This document shows positions 18,917 to 20,043 of a DNA stretch of 20,043 bases, piece after piece. The translations under genes and the position numbers were made by a program. The DNA comes from Paraspadella gotoi. Lineage: Eukaryota; Animalia; Chaetognatha. The first letter of the stretch is position 1, and each line of letters opens with the position of its first letter. The notes under the pieces were generated by a model, which made no database searches, was not told the DNA's origin, and saw nothing but the letters and a program-made list of their open reading frames with translations. Location: contig JBJCIZ010000488.1 of assembly GCA_051294375.1 (NCBI GenBank), positions 1 to 20,043 on the forward strand. Direction: 5' to 3'.

Positions 18917-19615
18917 TATATCACAATGAAATCCAAGCTTCTCCACCTTCTCCCGTTGCTTTTTTGTTCTTTTTTTTCTGACATCAAAAATGCCTCTGTT
19001 CTAGCGATCGCAGCAACATCTTTAGGCTCTCTCTTTTGTTTATACTTAAGTACAGATTTCCGAAGGCAGTACAGCTGATTCTGATTGGTGCCCGTGATTT
19101 CGATAGATTTTGATTGATTCTACTCGAATTCTGTCCTCGTGGTATCTTCAGATCTCAAAGTTGTCACTGGGTTTTTAGTTCTTTCAGAACAATATAAACT
19201 CTTTATCAGATATCTCGGAATCTCATTTTTTGTGTGATCGCTGGTTTGGTGGACTTTTCTATGAGAGAAGCATCTCTATTTTTGTTTATTATTGGCTTCA
19301 GAAACAAGTAAGAAAGACACTTTAAACTTTATATATTTGCTGAGTTTGTACTAAATGTTTTGTTATTCCTTTGCCCAGGACTTCTAACCACACACACACA
19401 ATTTAGACTACAGACACTTTCGTTAAGTCCTGGGCTTCGCAGTTCATCGTCCTTTCGGCCTTAGCCGACGTCGTTCTGCCAAGACATTGTTGTCATCATC
19501 TCCAGACTGGCGCCATCGTCTCTTTTGCGCCATTTATACCCGAATTTATTTGGTCTTCAATGCGCAGAATAAGCCTAGACAGTTAGAAGTCAAAGACAGC
19601 CACTTCTCCGAACTT
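18917..19615 (+). repeat. Dispersed repeat copy 2 (diverged; its first ~10 nt lie at 14449-14458, left of the foldback insertion)
   Basis: Homologous to 1890-2515 in the same orientation, with many substitutions and indels. Confidence 0.85.
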
Positions 19616-19759
19616 AGTTCAATACAATAAGTAATAGGTGTATGTTTTCTAAATATAAAATCATTAATTTAATCTTTTTAAAAGCGCGCTAAGCAAATTG
19701 AGATTGGAAAATCGATCAAAGAAAAGAATCATATGATAATTTCTGAAGAATATCGAATT

Positions 19760-20043
19760 TTTTATCAAGCCATGACCGGCGAAGCCGGTTCAGGCTTGAT
19801 ATTGATTCGGGTGAGCTTCTTTGTGACGTCGTCGTCGTCGTCGTCGTCGGCCGTCACGCTGTTTTTATATAAAAACTACTACGCTTTTATAGGTTTGGCT
19901 GTCACTTACCGTTTTTTTTTAAATAAAAATTATTATGAATTATTCTAAAGTTTTACAAAAGTGTGCGATCATAGTAAGTTAAAAAATTAGATATGGCTTC
20001 TAGACTTGAAATAGCTTTGATATTTTCTTATTACATTTGGATT
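19760..20043 (+). mobile_element. End of a non-autonomous Helentron/DINE-like element, running off the window
   Basis: T-run, then hairpin TATCAAGCC..ACCGGC-GAA-GCCGGT..GGCTTGATA (19763-19801), followed by a (GTC)n microsatellite; related to 830-999 in the opposite orientation. Confidence 0.55.

Noticed and set aside
830-20043. Inverted homologous segments at the window edges as Polinton TIRs
   Set aside because: Too diverged, hairpin ends face inward, and no AG-type Polinton termini or 6-bp TSD are visible.

Overview
Eukaryotic, probably animal, genomic DNA: AT-rich, with GA/CT microsatellites, TTAGGG repeats and short GT-AG introns. About 2.5-11.7 kb is a degraded Polinton/Maverick (adintovirus-like) element. 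A protein-primed PolB on + converges on a minus-strand cluster of packaging ATPase, small core-like protein, unknown ORF, retroviral-type integrase, minor capsid, pVII-like protein and a truncated major capsid. The main observation is that these viral core genes carry at least nine short spliceosomal introns (63-107 nt), and removing them rebuilds conserved motifs (PolB DANNLYG, ATPase Walker A GASNSGKT, penton LHFR). No protease gene, PolB N-terminus or Polinton TIRs are visible. Many indels and two in-frame stops point to decay and/or unpolished long-read sequence. To the right are a possible accessory gene, a Penelope-like insertion with a hammerhead ribozyme, and a 4.46-kb TIR-bounded foldback made of TTAGGG-containing satellite palindromes (with a 25-N gap, possibly partly an assembly artefact) inserted at a TA in a dispersed repeat. 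Related Helentron-like ends lie near both window edges. All family assignments come from motif recognition by eye, not from database searches.
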